DNA of 64,000 nucleotides, taken from assembly GCA_030599585.1 (NCBI GenBank), contig JAUVNS010000001.1, positions 192,001 through 256,000 of the forward strand, written 5' to 3'. The position numbers and the translations under genes were made by a program. A model generated the notes under the pieces. The model worked only from the letters and a program-made list of their open reading frames with translations, did no database searches and was not told the origin of the DNA. This DNA is from Promethearchaeota archaeon (GTDB lineage Archaea; Asgardarchaeota; Lokiarchaeia; Sigyniarchaeales; SOKP01). Shown here in pieces: positions 40,465-50,500 of this stretch (position 1 is its first letter; every line of letters starts with the position of its first letter).

Positions 40465-41463
40465 TTGAACTACATTCTTAGAAAATATGTAAGAAAAATT
40501 ACGAGGAAAGGTTATCAAAAAATGAAGAAAAACAAAATCATTTTTAAAGGGAACAATCTTGCTCACACATATTCTATCGTGGCAAGAGATACTAAAACCG
40601 GCGAGATGGGTGTGGGTGTCCAGAGTCACTATTTCTCGGTTGGAAGCATCGTCTCGTGGGGCGAATCTGGAGTTGGAGTCGTGGCTACTCAATCGCTCGT
40701 GAATGCGTCTTTTGGTTTACGAGGGTTAGAATTATTAAAGCAGGGTAAATCTCCGGAAGAAGCTTTAAACTTTTTAATATCTGAAGATGAAGGTAGAGAG
40801 GTAAGACAAGTCGCAATTTTAGACGCTCAAGGAAGGGTTGCCACTCATACTGGTTCGAAATGCATTATTCATGCAGGTCACATAACAGGTAATAACTTTT
40901 CAGTTCAAGCTAATATGATGCTTACTGATAAGGTCTGGTCCACAATGGCTAAAAGCTTTGAATCAAACGCTAATTTACCCTTAGCTGAGCGAATTATAGA
41001 AGCAATGAAAGCGGCAGAAACTGAAGGCGGCGATATCAGAGGAAAACAATCTGCAGCGATTTTACTTGTAGGCGGTAAAGAAGCTAAAAATAAGTGGGAA
41101 GATAAACTCATTGATTTAAGAGTAGAAGATAACGAGAAACCTGTAAGGGAACTTGAAAGGTTATTAAAACTTTATAGAGCTTATAAACACATGGATAAAG
41201 GAGATTTAGAAATGGAACATGATGATATGGAGTCTGCACTTAAAGAATACGATTCTGCTCTAAATATGTTTCCCAACAATCTTGAAATGAAATTTTGGAC
41301 TGCCGTCACCTTAGCTAATAATCAGAAAATTAAAGACGCATCAAAAATCTTTAAAGAAGTCTTTAATAAAGATAATAATTGGAGATTACTTGCAGAAAGA
41401 CTTCCCAAGAGTGAGTTATTAACCGTTTCTAAAGATGATTTGAAAAAAATCTTATCATTATAA
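40465..41463 (+). CDS. DUF1028 (Ntn-hydrolase-like) protein with C-terminal TPR; start probably ATG 40522
   Basis: HTYSIVARD, VATQS, GGDIRGKQSAA, DLRVED. Confidence 0.88.
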   Translation: MNYILRKYVRKITRKGYQKMKKNKIIFKGNNLAHTYSIVARDTKTGEMGVGVQSHYFSVGSIVSWGESGVGVVATQSLVNASFGLRGLELLKQGKSPEEALNFLISEDEGREVRQVAILDAQGRVATHTGSKCIIHAGHITGNNFSVQANMMLTDKVWSTMAKSFESNANLPLAERIIEAMKAAETEGGDIRGKQSAAILLVGGKEAKNKWEDKLIDLRVEDNEKPVRELERLLKLYRAYKHMDKGDLEMEHDDMESALKEYDSALNMFPNNLEMKFWTAVTLANNQKIKDASKIFKEVFNKDNNWRLLAERLPKSELLTVSKDDLKKILSL

Positions 41464-41465
41464 CT

Positions 41466-41969
41466 TTAATGACGATACAAGTTGTCGAAATCATTTTTGT
41501 TAAGCGAAAAATTCATTATTTTCTTATTATATTGTTTAATGATTACATCCCCCATGTATTTCATCCCAGAACGTTCTGCTACTAGCCATCCTCTCTTGTT
41601 ATCTTGGTTGATATAGGCATTAAGTGTATCTATCTTTAAGGTCGAAAATACGAATTCAATAGATTTTTTAAGAGCTTCTATTGCGTAACCATTTCCCCTG
41701 TATTGAGGAAACAATATAAAATAGCATTCCATTTCACGACTGGTATTCAGGGGTTTTAAAAAAATAAGACCTAAAAGTTGCTCATTAACTTTGTGAGTAA
41801 TCGTAAAAATCAGTGTATTCCTTTGAAAATCTGTAGAAAAGCTTGTCTGGGCTGTATAACTCTTAAAAATTTGACGTAATTCGCTATTGCTTTTATAAAA
41901 CTCCATCAGATTAATCTGCTTGATTACGAGTCGTTTTGTTTCTAGCGTATTAAGAATTTCAGGATTCAA
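41466..41969 (-). CDS. RimJ/RimL-type GNAT acetyltransferase
   Basis: LETKRL, YRGNGYAIEA, N..G..VAERSGM. Confidence 0.85.
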   Translation of the reverse strand: MNPEILNTLETKRLVIKQINLMEFYKSNSELRQIFKSYTAQTSFSTDFQRNTLIFTITHKVNEQLLGLIFLKPLNTSREMECYFILFPQYRGNGYAIEALKKSIEFVFSTLKIDTLNAYINQDNKRGWLVAERSGMKYMGDVIIKQYNKKIMNFSLNKNDFDNLYRH

Positions 41970-42045
41970 TTGAAACGCACTACTTAAGTCGTTTTTACTT
42001 TAGTAATAATGCATGAACTAATAAATATTTCCTTCTAACGAATGA

Positions 42046-42432
42046 CTAATCAACTAATAGTTTTACTCCTTTTACGAGCTGTTGCGGGCTAATTCCGTAA
42101 AGAAATGCCGAATGAAGTGTTTTAATGTCGTTTTCTATATTATTTATGTTTTCATTTTGCTCCCTATAACTCTTTGCAATCTCCTCAAGTTTTGAAAACG
42201 ATAACTCTTTAGAATTATTCATTTTCCCAAAATATCCTCCAAACGCTTTAAACATATTATGCATCAACTCGATTTCTTCATCATTAAATGTTTTCGTGCA
42301 TTCTTCACATACAGTTCCAAAAGAGTTTCCAATTTTTTTAATCTTCACGCCTGATTTAGTATCATTTCGACAAAGAACGCATTTGATATAACTTAGAGTA
42401 GTTTTCTTTTTCGTATATTCTGAGACAATCAT
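42046..42432 (-). CDS. Zinc-finger hypothetical protein
   Basis: CVLC...VCEEC; AFGGYFG. Confidence 0.65.
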   Translation of the reverse strand: MIVSEYTKKKTTLSYIKCVLCRNDTKSGVKIKKIGNSFGTVCEECTKTFNDEEIELMHNMFKAFGGYFGKMNNSKELSFSKLEEIAKSYREQNENINNIENDIKTLHSAFLYGISPQQLVKGVKLLVD

Positions 42433-42589
42433 AAATTACTAATTTTTTCTGTTTATTTAAAAGAAAAATATACGGTTCTGAGTATCGTAATTTCCTTTCT
42501 ATAAAACAGCTTGGTAAAATCGTTTTAGAAAAATGTTAGGGTTTAATAATATAGGTGTTAATTATTTGGTGATTCTAAGTGCTTGAATT

Positions 42590-43411
42590 ATGATAATACC
42601 TAAAAAAAAAGAAGCGGAATCATTTGAACATCTTAGAATAAAAGAACATTTCTATTCCTTCCTACCGTTTGACAACAAAATTGACATAATTAAGAAAGAA
42701 TATCCTATCGGTAATCGAATTGCTGATGTTTATTGTAAATTAAGTAATGGTAGAAAAATAGTGGTAGAAATACAACATTCAATGATTCTTGTTAAGGATT
42801 TAATACAACGGACAAAAGAATACAACGAGAATAATTGCTTTGTGTTGTGGGTATTCAACGGTAGTTCGTTTGAACGTTACCCTAAAATTGATGATAATGT
42901 AAGAATATTAGGGTTTGAAAAATGGTGTCACTTGCTTTATCGTGGCCGCGTATATTACATTAATATGACTAAATCCGGTATCCATAGCCCAGTTTATCCA
43001 GCGCATTTTGCAAATTATTACGAACTAAAATATGCTAAATCTGGATTCCAGTTCTATCATAGGGCTTTATCTAAAAAAAGTTTTATCCCGACTTTTATCC
43101 CATCACTAAAAATTAAAACATTTAAAAATATGGGATTTAACTTAGCTTGTTTTTATGACGATAATGTAAGAAAATCGTGCTTAGGTGAAATTACTCAATT
43201 TTTAGAAAATTATAGTATCATTGAACCAGAAGTAAAAAAAATAAAAAAAATGAGTCGAAATCAAAAACTACTATACTTAATTATTGGTATTTACGGCGAT
43301 AAGTATGGATTAAACTTATTATTTAATATATTAAATTACCTTAAAGTCGTTTCTAAAAAAGACTACCGCTATATGAGCGTTATATATCGACACCTAACTA
43401 AGAAGGAATAA
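42590..43411 (+). CDS. CoiA-like PD-(D/E)xK nuclease-family protein
   Basis: ESFEH, EYPIGNRIADV, VVEIQHS, RTKEY, VLWVF. Confidence 0.8.
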   Translation: MIIPKKKEAESFEHLRIKEHFYSFLPFDNKIDIIKKEYPIGNRIADVYCKLSNGRKIVVEIQHSMILVKDLIQRTKEYNENNCFVLWVFNGSSFERYPKIDDNVRILGFEKWCHLLYRGRVYYINMTKSGIHSPVYPAHFANYYELKYAKSGFQFYHRALSKKSFIPTFIPSLKIKTFKNMGFNLACFYDDNVRKSCLGEITQFLENYSIIEPEVKKIKKMSRNQKLLYLIIGIYGDKYGLNLLFNILNYLKVVSKKDYRYMSVIYRHLTKKE

Positions 43412-43430
43412 CCAAACATAAATTCCGGAT

Positions 43431-44006
43431 TTACTCTACTTTTTGAAATATGTAGGCATCGTAGAATGAAGTTTTCTTAATTTCTAACGACAACTTATGA
43501 ACGCTGTTATATTCCCTGGGATCAACCGCATCTGGATGATCTGCGAATTTTTTTTCCCTTATGACTCCGACGGCACGAAGATTTGGTTCGAAAATACAAA
43601 TTTTACCGTTGTTTTTTATCACTCGAACACTTTCATTGTAAGCTGCTTGACCATCTTCAATGTGATGAAGAGCTCCAGAAATAAATACAACATCAAAAGA
43701 TTTGTCTTCAAATGGCATCTTCTCCGCATTAAAAGGAGTGTAAGTAATTAGATGATCGACTTCTGCTTTTTTAGCTGATTTTAACCAATTTTTTTTAGCG
43801 TATTTGGATTCGTCGCTCTCCAATTCTCCAGTTAGCACGTGATAGTCATTTAATGCGAGAGCTATTGCCATTCTACCCTCACCAGTTCCGACATCTAAAA
43901 TTTTAGATTTTTTTTCCAATTTTAATTCTTGAATAATAGGATCGATATTATCAAAAATAAGACTAAACTCTCCCCCTAAAAGCTTTTTAGCATCAATTTT
44001 ATCCAT
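43431..44006 (-). CDS. Class I SAM-dependent methyltransferase
   Basis: LDVGTGEG, MPFEDKSFDVV, ALHH, RVIK..G. Confidence 0.9.
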   Translation of the reverse strand: MDKIDAKKLLGGEFSLIFDNIDPIIQELKLEKKSKILDVGTGEGRMAIALALNDYHVLTGELESDESKYAKKNWLKSAKKAEVDHLITYTPFNAEKMPFEDKSFDVVFISGALHHIEDGQAAYNESVRVIKNNGKICIFEPNLRAVGVIREKKFADHPDAVDPREYNSVHKLSLEIKKTSFYDAYIFQKVE

Positions 44007-44184
44007 TTTATTATAACTCCGTGGTTTTACAGTAAGATTATTATTTTTACATTAGATAATAAGAGAGAATAATAATAATTTCCCCCTATAATTTAGAGAT
44101 GAGATACCATTTTTTAGAATCTTAAAAAATCGTTAATTTTTGGTAGTCCTATCTTTTATTTTACATGAGCTGATTTTCTTAATT

Positions 44185-44319
44185 ATGGAAAAAGTAGCGA
44201 CAAAATTTAAATGGGAACAAGGTTTCGATCCAAAAGTCTTACACTCAATCGAAGTTCCCGATTTAATCTTTAAAGATTGCCTTAGATTCTTAAAGTCTAT
44301 GCATGTGAAGATCGATTAA
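44185..44319 (+). CDS. Possible 44-aa small protein or gene remnant
   Basis: MEKVATKFKWEQGFDPKVLHSIEVPDLIFKDCLRFLKSMHVKID; below the ORF-track cutoff. Confidence 0.3.
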   Translation: MEKVATKFKWEQGFDPKVLHSIEVPDLIFKDCLRFLKSMHVKID

Positions 44320-44394
44320 TAGGAGTTTTATTAGAATTAATATCATAATTTCTATTTTTTTTTTTGAACATAAAAAACAGTACGCTTCACAGAT

Positions 44395-45510
44395 TTAAGA
44401 CGGTCTTCTTGAACATCGTGGTAGGATACCTCCTTCATTAAGAAGGTGAATGGGTTCATTTTCGGCGCATTCCTTAGGATCACAACATGTGTGGCATACT
44501 CTCTTATAAGCATTGAATTCAATTAACTTGATGTCTTTTGAAAGGTATTTATCTCTTACTGGTTCTTCTCTTAATAAATCCGTGCTTAAGTATTTTTTGT
44601 TGTCGTCAGCAAACACAGTAACCACAATTGCGTCTTTTCCTAGTTTCTCTTGAACTTTCAACGCACCTAGAAAGTTAGCACCAGATGATATTCCAACCGC
44701 AATACCTAGCTCATACGCTAGTTTTTGCGCCATTATGATCGAATCACCATCATCAACTCCAATGATACCGTCAAGTTCCTCCAAATTTACGATAGGGGGT
44801 ATAAATTCGTCAGATATTCCTTGTATTCTATGCTTTCCTAGCTTACACCCCGTAGAAAGAGTAGGGGAATTTTCTGGTTCTAACGCGTATAATCTGATCT
44901 TGCTATGCTTTTCTTTCAGGAAACGACCTGTTCCCATGATAGTCCCTCCAGTCCCAACTCCAGCAATAAATGCATCAGGATAAAGAGAGTGAAATCGTAG
45001 CTGCCACCAAATTTCTGGAGCAGTTGAATTGTAATGAGCTTCAAGATTATCGTTATTAGAAAATTGTCTTGGGAGAAAAGCACCTTCGGTTTCTGCTAAT
45101 TCTTCTGTCATTCGAATACTTCCTAAGAATCCACCTTCATCTTTACTAACCAAAGTAATTTTAGCCCCAAGGCTTTGGATTAAGTTAATTCTCTCGTTGC
45201 TTAACCAGTTTGGCATGAAAATTCTCACTGGATGACCCATCGCTCTTCCTATTGCTGCTATAGATATACCGGTATTACCGCTAGTAGCCTCTGCAATTAA
45301 TTGACCGGGAACTAATGTTCCTTTTTGATAGGCTTTTCTAAAAATATACAACGCCATCCTATCCTTTATACTACCTGTCATATTAAGGTATTCTGCTTTG
45401 GCATATAATTTCCGGACTTCTCCTTTGTAAGTAAAGCTTATTGCTAAGAGAGGTGTATTTCCAACGAGTGACTTTAGTCCATTAATTTGCCTTTCAATGT
45501 TCTTATCCAT
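44395..45510 (-). CDS. PLP-dependent cysteine synthase family protein with Cys-rich tail
   Basis: [40 protein letters not shown]; start at 45510 has a GGAG RBS. Confidence 0.9.
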   Translation of the reverse strand: MDKNIERQINGLKSLVGNTPLLAISFTYKGEVRKLYAKAEYLNMTGSIKDRMALYIFRKAYQKGTLVPGQLIAEATSGNTGISIAAIGRAMGHPVRIFMPNWLSNERINLIQSLGAKITLVSKDEGGFLGSIRMTEELAETEGAFLPRQFSNNDNLEAHYNSTAPEIWWQLRFHSLYPDAFIAGVGTGGTIMGTGRFLKEKHSKIRLYALEPENSPTLSTGCKLGKHRIQGISDEFIPPIVNLEELDGIIGVDDGDSIIMAQKLAYELGIAVGISSGANFLGALKVQEKLGKDAIVVTVFADDNKKYLSTDLLREEPVRDKYLSKDIKLIEFNAYKRVCHTCCDPKECAENEPIHLLNEGGILPRCSRRPS

Positions 45511-45708
45511 AATTAAACTCCTATAAAACAGAAAATTTACTAATATAATTAGAAAGGTTTTCAATTTAATATATCTTGATTAGGTTTTATCTAGTCGCTA
45601 ATACTTCACAAAAAAACTTCATGTATTCTGTATATATTAGCGATATATTCCCGCATTCTATCGATATTACATTATTTAATATAGACAAAAAATCCGGTAG
45701 AATTTGTC

Positions 45709-46107
45709 ATGACCGAATTTTTGTTTGATTTTTTTGTCCTCGCTCAAGGAGGTAAAGTAATTTTCAGCCATTTTAATCTCTTAAAATGCGACGATCAGCT
45801 TATTGGAGCATATTTTCACGCAATCAATTCGCTATATAACGTTTGTTTCGATAGGGATATGCAAAAAGTTTCAATGAATAACTATCGACTTCATTTCACT
45901 AAAATTGAACCCTTCTTCTTTATAGGAATCTCACCTATGAGCCTTAAAAATAAGGCTGCAAACGAGCATTTTGAATCGTTAGCCCATTCTTTTTACGATA
46001 AATACTGCAATAAACTGCCTCAACATTGGGAGAGCAATGTAGCCTTGTTTAATGGTTTTAACTCCGGCATTGACAAACACGAAAAAGGAATTACTTTGCG
46101 TAGTTAA
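45709..46107 (+). CDS. Stand-alone longin-like domain protein
   Basis: FFVLAQGGKVIFS...DDQLIGAYFHAINS...F...Y pattern typical of Asgard longin-like proteins. Confidence 0.7.
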   Translation: MTEFLFDFFVLAQGGKVIFSHFNLLKCDDQLIGAYFHAINSLYNVCFDRDMQKVSMNNYRLHFTKIEPFFFIGISPMSLKNKAANEHFESLAHSFYDKYCNKLPQHWESNVALFNGFNSGIDKHEKGITLRS

Positions 46108-46224
46108 CACTTTTAACACCATAGAAAATCTTTAGGTATCGTTTTTTCTTTTATATATCCTCTAGTAGTTACCGCTGTAACTTAAATTAATCTCAACAAA
46201 CACAATAAAAACAGATGATTATTA

Positions 46225-47091
46225 ATGTTCGTAAATCAAAAAATGAACACATGGACTCCAGCGTATTGGGAACACATTATTAGGAACATCGGACCCATTA
46301 CATTTGAAGAACAAGAACTAATCAGAACTTCACGCATCGCAGTACTCGGAGTAGGCGGTCTAGGCGGTCCACTCGCAGAGAATCTCGTCAGATCAGGCTG
46401 TCAAGACTTAGTGATTTGTGATTTTGATGTGTTCGACGAGTCAAATTTGAATCGGCAAATTTGCACTACTGAGGATCTTGGTAAGAGAAAAATTGATGTT
46501 GTAGAAGTTTTTTTACAGAAGATCGATTCTGAAATAAGCGTTAGGAAGTTTTTTAAAATAACTCAGCAAAACATTGATGAGGTCCTTAAGGATGTGAGAG
46601 TGATCGCGTTGACCTTAGACGATCCCGTCACCTCAATCTATATCGCTAGAGAAGCTCGAAAGCGGGGAATACCTATGATCGAGTCCTGGGGCGTACCATT
46701 CTTGTTTACTTGGTGGTTTACTCCCGAGAGCATAGATTACGAGAGATGTTACGGTCTTGAAACTGAGAAATTCAATTATTTCGAATTGTCTAATCTTAAA
46801 AAGGAAATTAACCTAGCCACTTATCAAGCATTGTTACCAAAAGTGTTTACGATGCCTGGAGTCAGAGAAAAATACGATAGAGAACCTGGAGCGTTCGAAG
46901 AAATGATGAAAGGTTCAATTGGTGCACGATCTTTTGCCCCCTTCGTGAGAATCACATCCGACTTACTGTCGGTAGATGTTATTTTCTCAGGTATTCTCGG
47001 AATAAAACCAAAACACTTAGCTCCTCACTTGAAAGGGTTCGACTACATCAACATGGAAGTCCAGGAAGCTAACCTAACAAATAATAACTAA
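46225..47091 (+). CDS. ThiF/E1-like adenylyltransferase
   Basis: GVGGLGG, DFDVFDESNLNRQ, GKRK; lacks the MoeB Zn CxxC motifs. Confidence 0.85.
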   Translation: MFVNQKMNTWTPAYWEHIIRNIGPITFEEQELIRTSRIAVLGVGGLGGPLAENLVRSGCQDLVICDFDVFDESNLNRQICTTEDLGKRKIDVVEVFLQKIDSEISVRKFFKITQQNIDEVLKDVRVIALTLDDPVTSIYIAREARKRGIPMIESWGVPFLFTWWFTPESIDYERCYGLETEKFNYFELSNLKKEINLATYQALLPKVFTMPGVREKYDREPGAFEEMMKGSIGARSFAPFVRITSDLLSVDVIFSGILGIKPKHLAPHLKGFDYINMEVQEANLTNNN

Positions 47092-47110
47092 ATTTCTTTC
47101 TATTTTTATT

Positions 47111-47515
47111 TTATTTGTCTCTATTCAAACCTTCGTCCTCAACAGAAGCGTTATTCTTTCTTTTTAACACAAACCCATTAATTCTATCTGCTACTGTTTC
47201 TAGTAATTTGTTCTTCTCTAAAATTTCTTCCCTTAGTTGAGATTCCACTTTGGTGGGTGAAGAAGTTTGCTGTGTATTTCTTAGGATTTGCATTAGTTTT
47301 TTAGACCTCTTTTCCGCAAAGAAAAAGCCAAAATCCGTTATTTCTTCTACCATGCGACCTCGACATTGAAGTAACAAGTGCTTCAACTCTTTTCCACTGA
47401 TTTTTCCCTCCGTAAAATTTCTTATCGCAATCTTGAGCTCTTCTAATTCATCATCGTTGAAGATTATTTTTTCTACTACATGTTCAAAATTCGCTAACTC
47501 TTGACTTTTTTCCAT
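47111..47515 (-). CDS. Small helical protein, last gene of the membrane operon
   Basis: TAATG overlap with the stop of the 1257-aa gene. Confidence 0.7.
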   Translation of the reverse strand: MEKSQELANFEHVVEKIIFNDDELEELKIAIRNFTEGKISGKELKHLLLQCRGRMVEEITDFGFFFAEKRSKKLMQILRNTQQTSSPTKVESQLREEILEKNKLLETVADRINGFVLKRKNNASVEDEGLNRDK

Positions 47516-50500
47516 TAAATTCCCCCCAAATCACCCTCAATGTATTGTCTGAAACCATCGAATATTGTGGAATATATTTCGAAGATATCTTTACAGGTTT
47601 CGGCTACTTTGGCCTGATCGTTTACTTCTATCTTTTCACAAGAAGTTAAAAATTGCTTTAGATCATCCACTGTAAACGGAAACCCTTCGACTTTACCGAA
47701 ATTTTTTATAAATCTACTAATATCTTCTGAAGTTATTGCGTAATTCACGCTATAATATTCTTTGTAAACGCTGTGTAAAAATTTAGGGAATAAATCCCTA
47801 CCAGTCTTTATCACTTTCTCGTATTTTTTGTGGTTTAAGTTTTTGTGCATGGTAAAATATTCGTAATATAGAATAGGAGCAAAATTTTTAGAGAGGGCAC
47901 TTCTTAGATTAATAGGATTCAGCGCCTCTGCTGCAGAAGGTTGTGTAGATTCCAGTTCAACTGGTTCATATGTGATGATCGAACTATCTCGCGAATCGTA
48001 ATAGTCTTTTAAAACTCTTTGGTAATGAGGTCCGACCGCAAAGGATGTTTGCATGGACTCCGAACCGCTGGCTCTTCGGGGGTGAGTTTCTGTTAAATAT
48101 TGTTTGTTTACTAAAATCCCAAAAACTTTGTCAATAATTTCTTTCTCTCTCTTCTTTTCTTTTGTAATTTTTGCGATGTAAGGCTTCAACACTTCTTGCA
48201 GCTCTTCTCTCACTTTTTTTTTGTAGAGATTACCTACTTTATCAACCGCTTGGATATTATTTAAAAATTTAATAATGCCCTCTATCAAGTCACTATACCC
48301 GGCGAAATCGCTTTCGAATAGAGTAGTTTGAGCTCTTTTCATAATTTTTTTCTCAGTTTTTTCTAAATCGTAACCTTGATCTCCCATATATCTAACGATC
48401 TCTTGCCACGATAGAGGTTGAATTTGTTGTAATTCTTCGAAGTCAAGTTGCACGGGGAAGGATTGATATATATCCTCCCGTTTAACCACAGCCTCGTTTT
48501 GTTTCATCGCTCCGATGTATCTCGTCTGATATGCTTCATTCCTCCGACTGCTGTAGTAGCCGACTCCGTGTAGGTTCTCTAAATTCATCTGTCCGTTGAG
48601 TACCGCCACATCTTTTTTATCGGATGTTCGAAAAGTTACGATGTTATCGAAGTAATTAAACACGTTCGGGTGCAAATATCTTATTTGCGAGGCAGAACTT
48701 AAAGTTCCAAAACCTTTGTTAACAAATGGGGCAAAAAACTTATCGATCTTGCCGTATTGAATTTTCTTGTCTAAGAAAAAACCGTCAAAAACTATGTCGA
48801 TGTGTGGCAATACAAGAAATTTTGGAGTAAACGATTCTCCAGTCTTCAAATAATGAATCATTTTAGACAATACCACAAACATAAAATAGCACTGTTTGTC
48901 GTAATCTTTTACATCTGAAAGATCTATTATTACAGTTTTGTCGTCAGTGATGAACTCGTGCGCATGGGCAGATTCAAGATTCTGAGGTTGTTGGCGCTGG
49001 ATAAACGAAGACTCTTGGGGAGTGAACTCCTTAAAGAAGGATAGTAACGCTTCCGTGACAGAAGATTTCTCCCAGTCTCGTTGGGAAGTTAAGTCTAATA
49101 CAAGCGTAGAAATATCAATATCGGGATTTCGAAGTATTGTGTTTTTGAACATCTCAATGGTCCGTTCGTCCTTCTTAAAGCACATCGCATACGCGTCAAA
49201 CATGTAGTCTAAATAGGCAAGATTGTTTTTATCGTAGGGTATCTCTGATCGAAGTGGGTTGATCACGATAGTTTTGCCTAGTTTGTGGTAGATAAACTGA
49301 TTTTCGTAGATAGAACCTTGAAAAATTTTTATAACCTTAGACCAATTACCCGTAAAATCGAATACTACTGAAGGATAGCCCACTTTAACCAACTCTACCA
49401 CGATCTTTTGCGCAAGGAGCTCTCGGCTAGTGTTCGTGCCGTTAGTAACGAATAAATTCCGTACTTGCTCGATTAAAAATCCAGCGGGTACTTCTGTTTC
49501 TAAATATTCCGTATTAATAGTTGAGCCAACCGCAATCTCGTTTTTAAGCTGTAAGGGAGTGTTAAATTCTGCGGCTAACCGAGTTTCTACTCCTTTTTTG
49601 AATTGATCGGAAATCGTGGTCAAAAATTGTAAAGTTTTACCTTGATATAGCATATAATTAAGATGAGTACCGTTCCTTCTGAAAAATTTGTTTTTAAGCG
49701 CTTCGAATACTAATCCTGATTCCAATAGATTGTTCCGTAACGGTTTTATTCTAAAATTCAAAAAATTATTCCCAAAAGCAGATTTTAAAACTGCGAATTG
49801 CCGTACTAACCGCCTTTCAATCTCGTCCATCGTTTCAAGAGTGAGTGATGGCGAGTTAGAAACTACCGAAGTAGAATAAGTAGCAATAACGCTCCAGATA
49901 CCTGCTTTTTGTCTGAGCCAATTGTCACGTTGTACTGGATTGCTTCTGCGTTTCATTAAGTAAAATTTTTCTCGTTCATTTAAATATTCAAACCCTTCAG
50001 AGTCAAATTTTTCGAAGTTTAAGGGTCCTAACTGGAAGGTAACCGTAAAAGACATCCCTTCTTTATTTAGCGACTCGTAGAACTTACCGGGATTACAATA
50101 CGGTGGCGGGCTGCAAAAGTAGAGGTTTGCTATTTTAATCCCTCCCGTAGTTTTTCCTTCAATCTGGTAAAAAATGGTCTCTGGCGTTTTTCTCGACTTA
50201 AAAAACTCTATTCTGGTAAAAGGATCGATTACGTTAATCTCCTTAGATTTGAACAGTTTACTTTTTGACAACTGAAAGAACAATTCCTGCCACCACACAT
50301 TTATTAACAAAATAATTATTCCGCTATTGAGTAAAAACCTATAAATTAGAGGTAAGTTGAAAAATAATAGCGATAAATCTAATAAAACTACCAACGCTAC
50401 GATATAGCTCGCTTTTGTGATTGATGTGCTTAACTTAGGGCGCACGGTTTTACAAGTGATTCTTTTCGAATTGGGTTCTATTGGAACATCTCGTTTCAGA

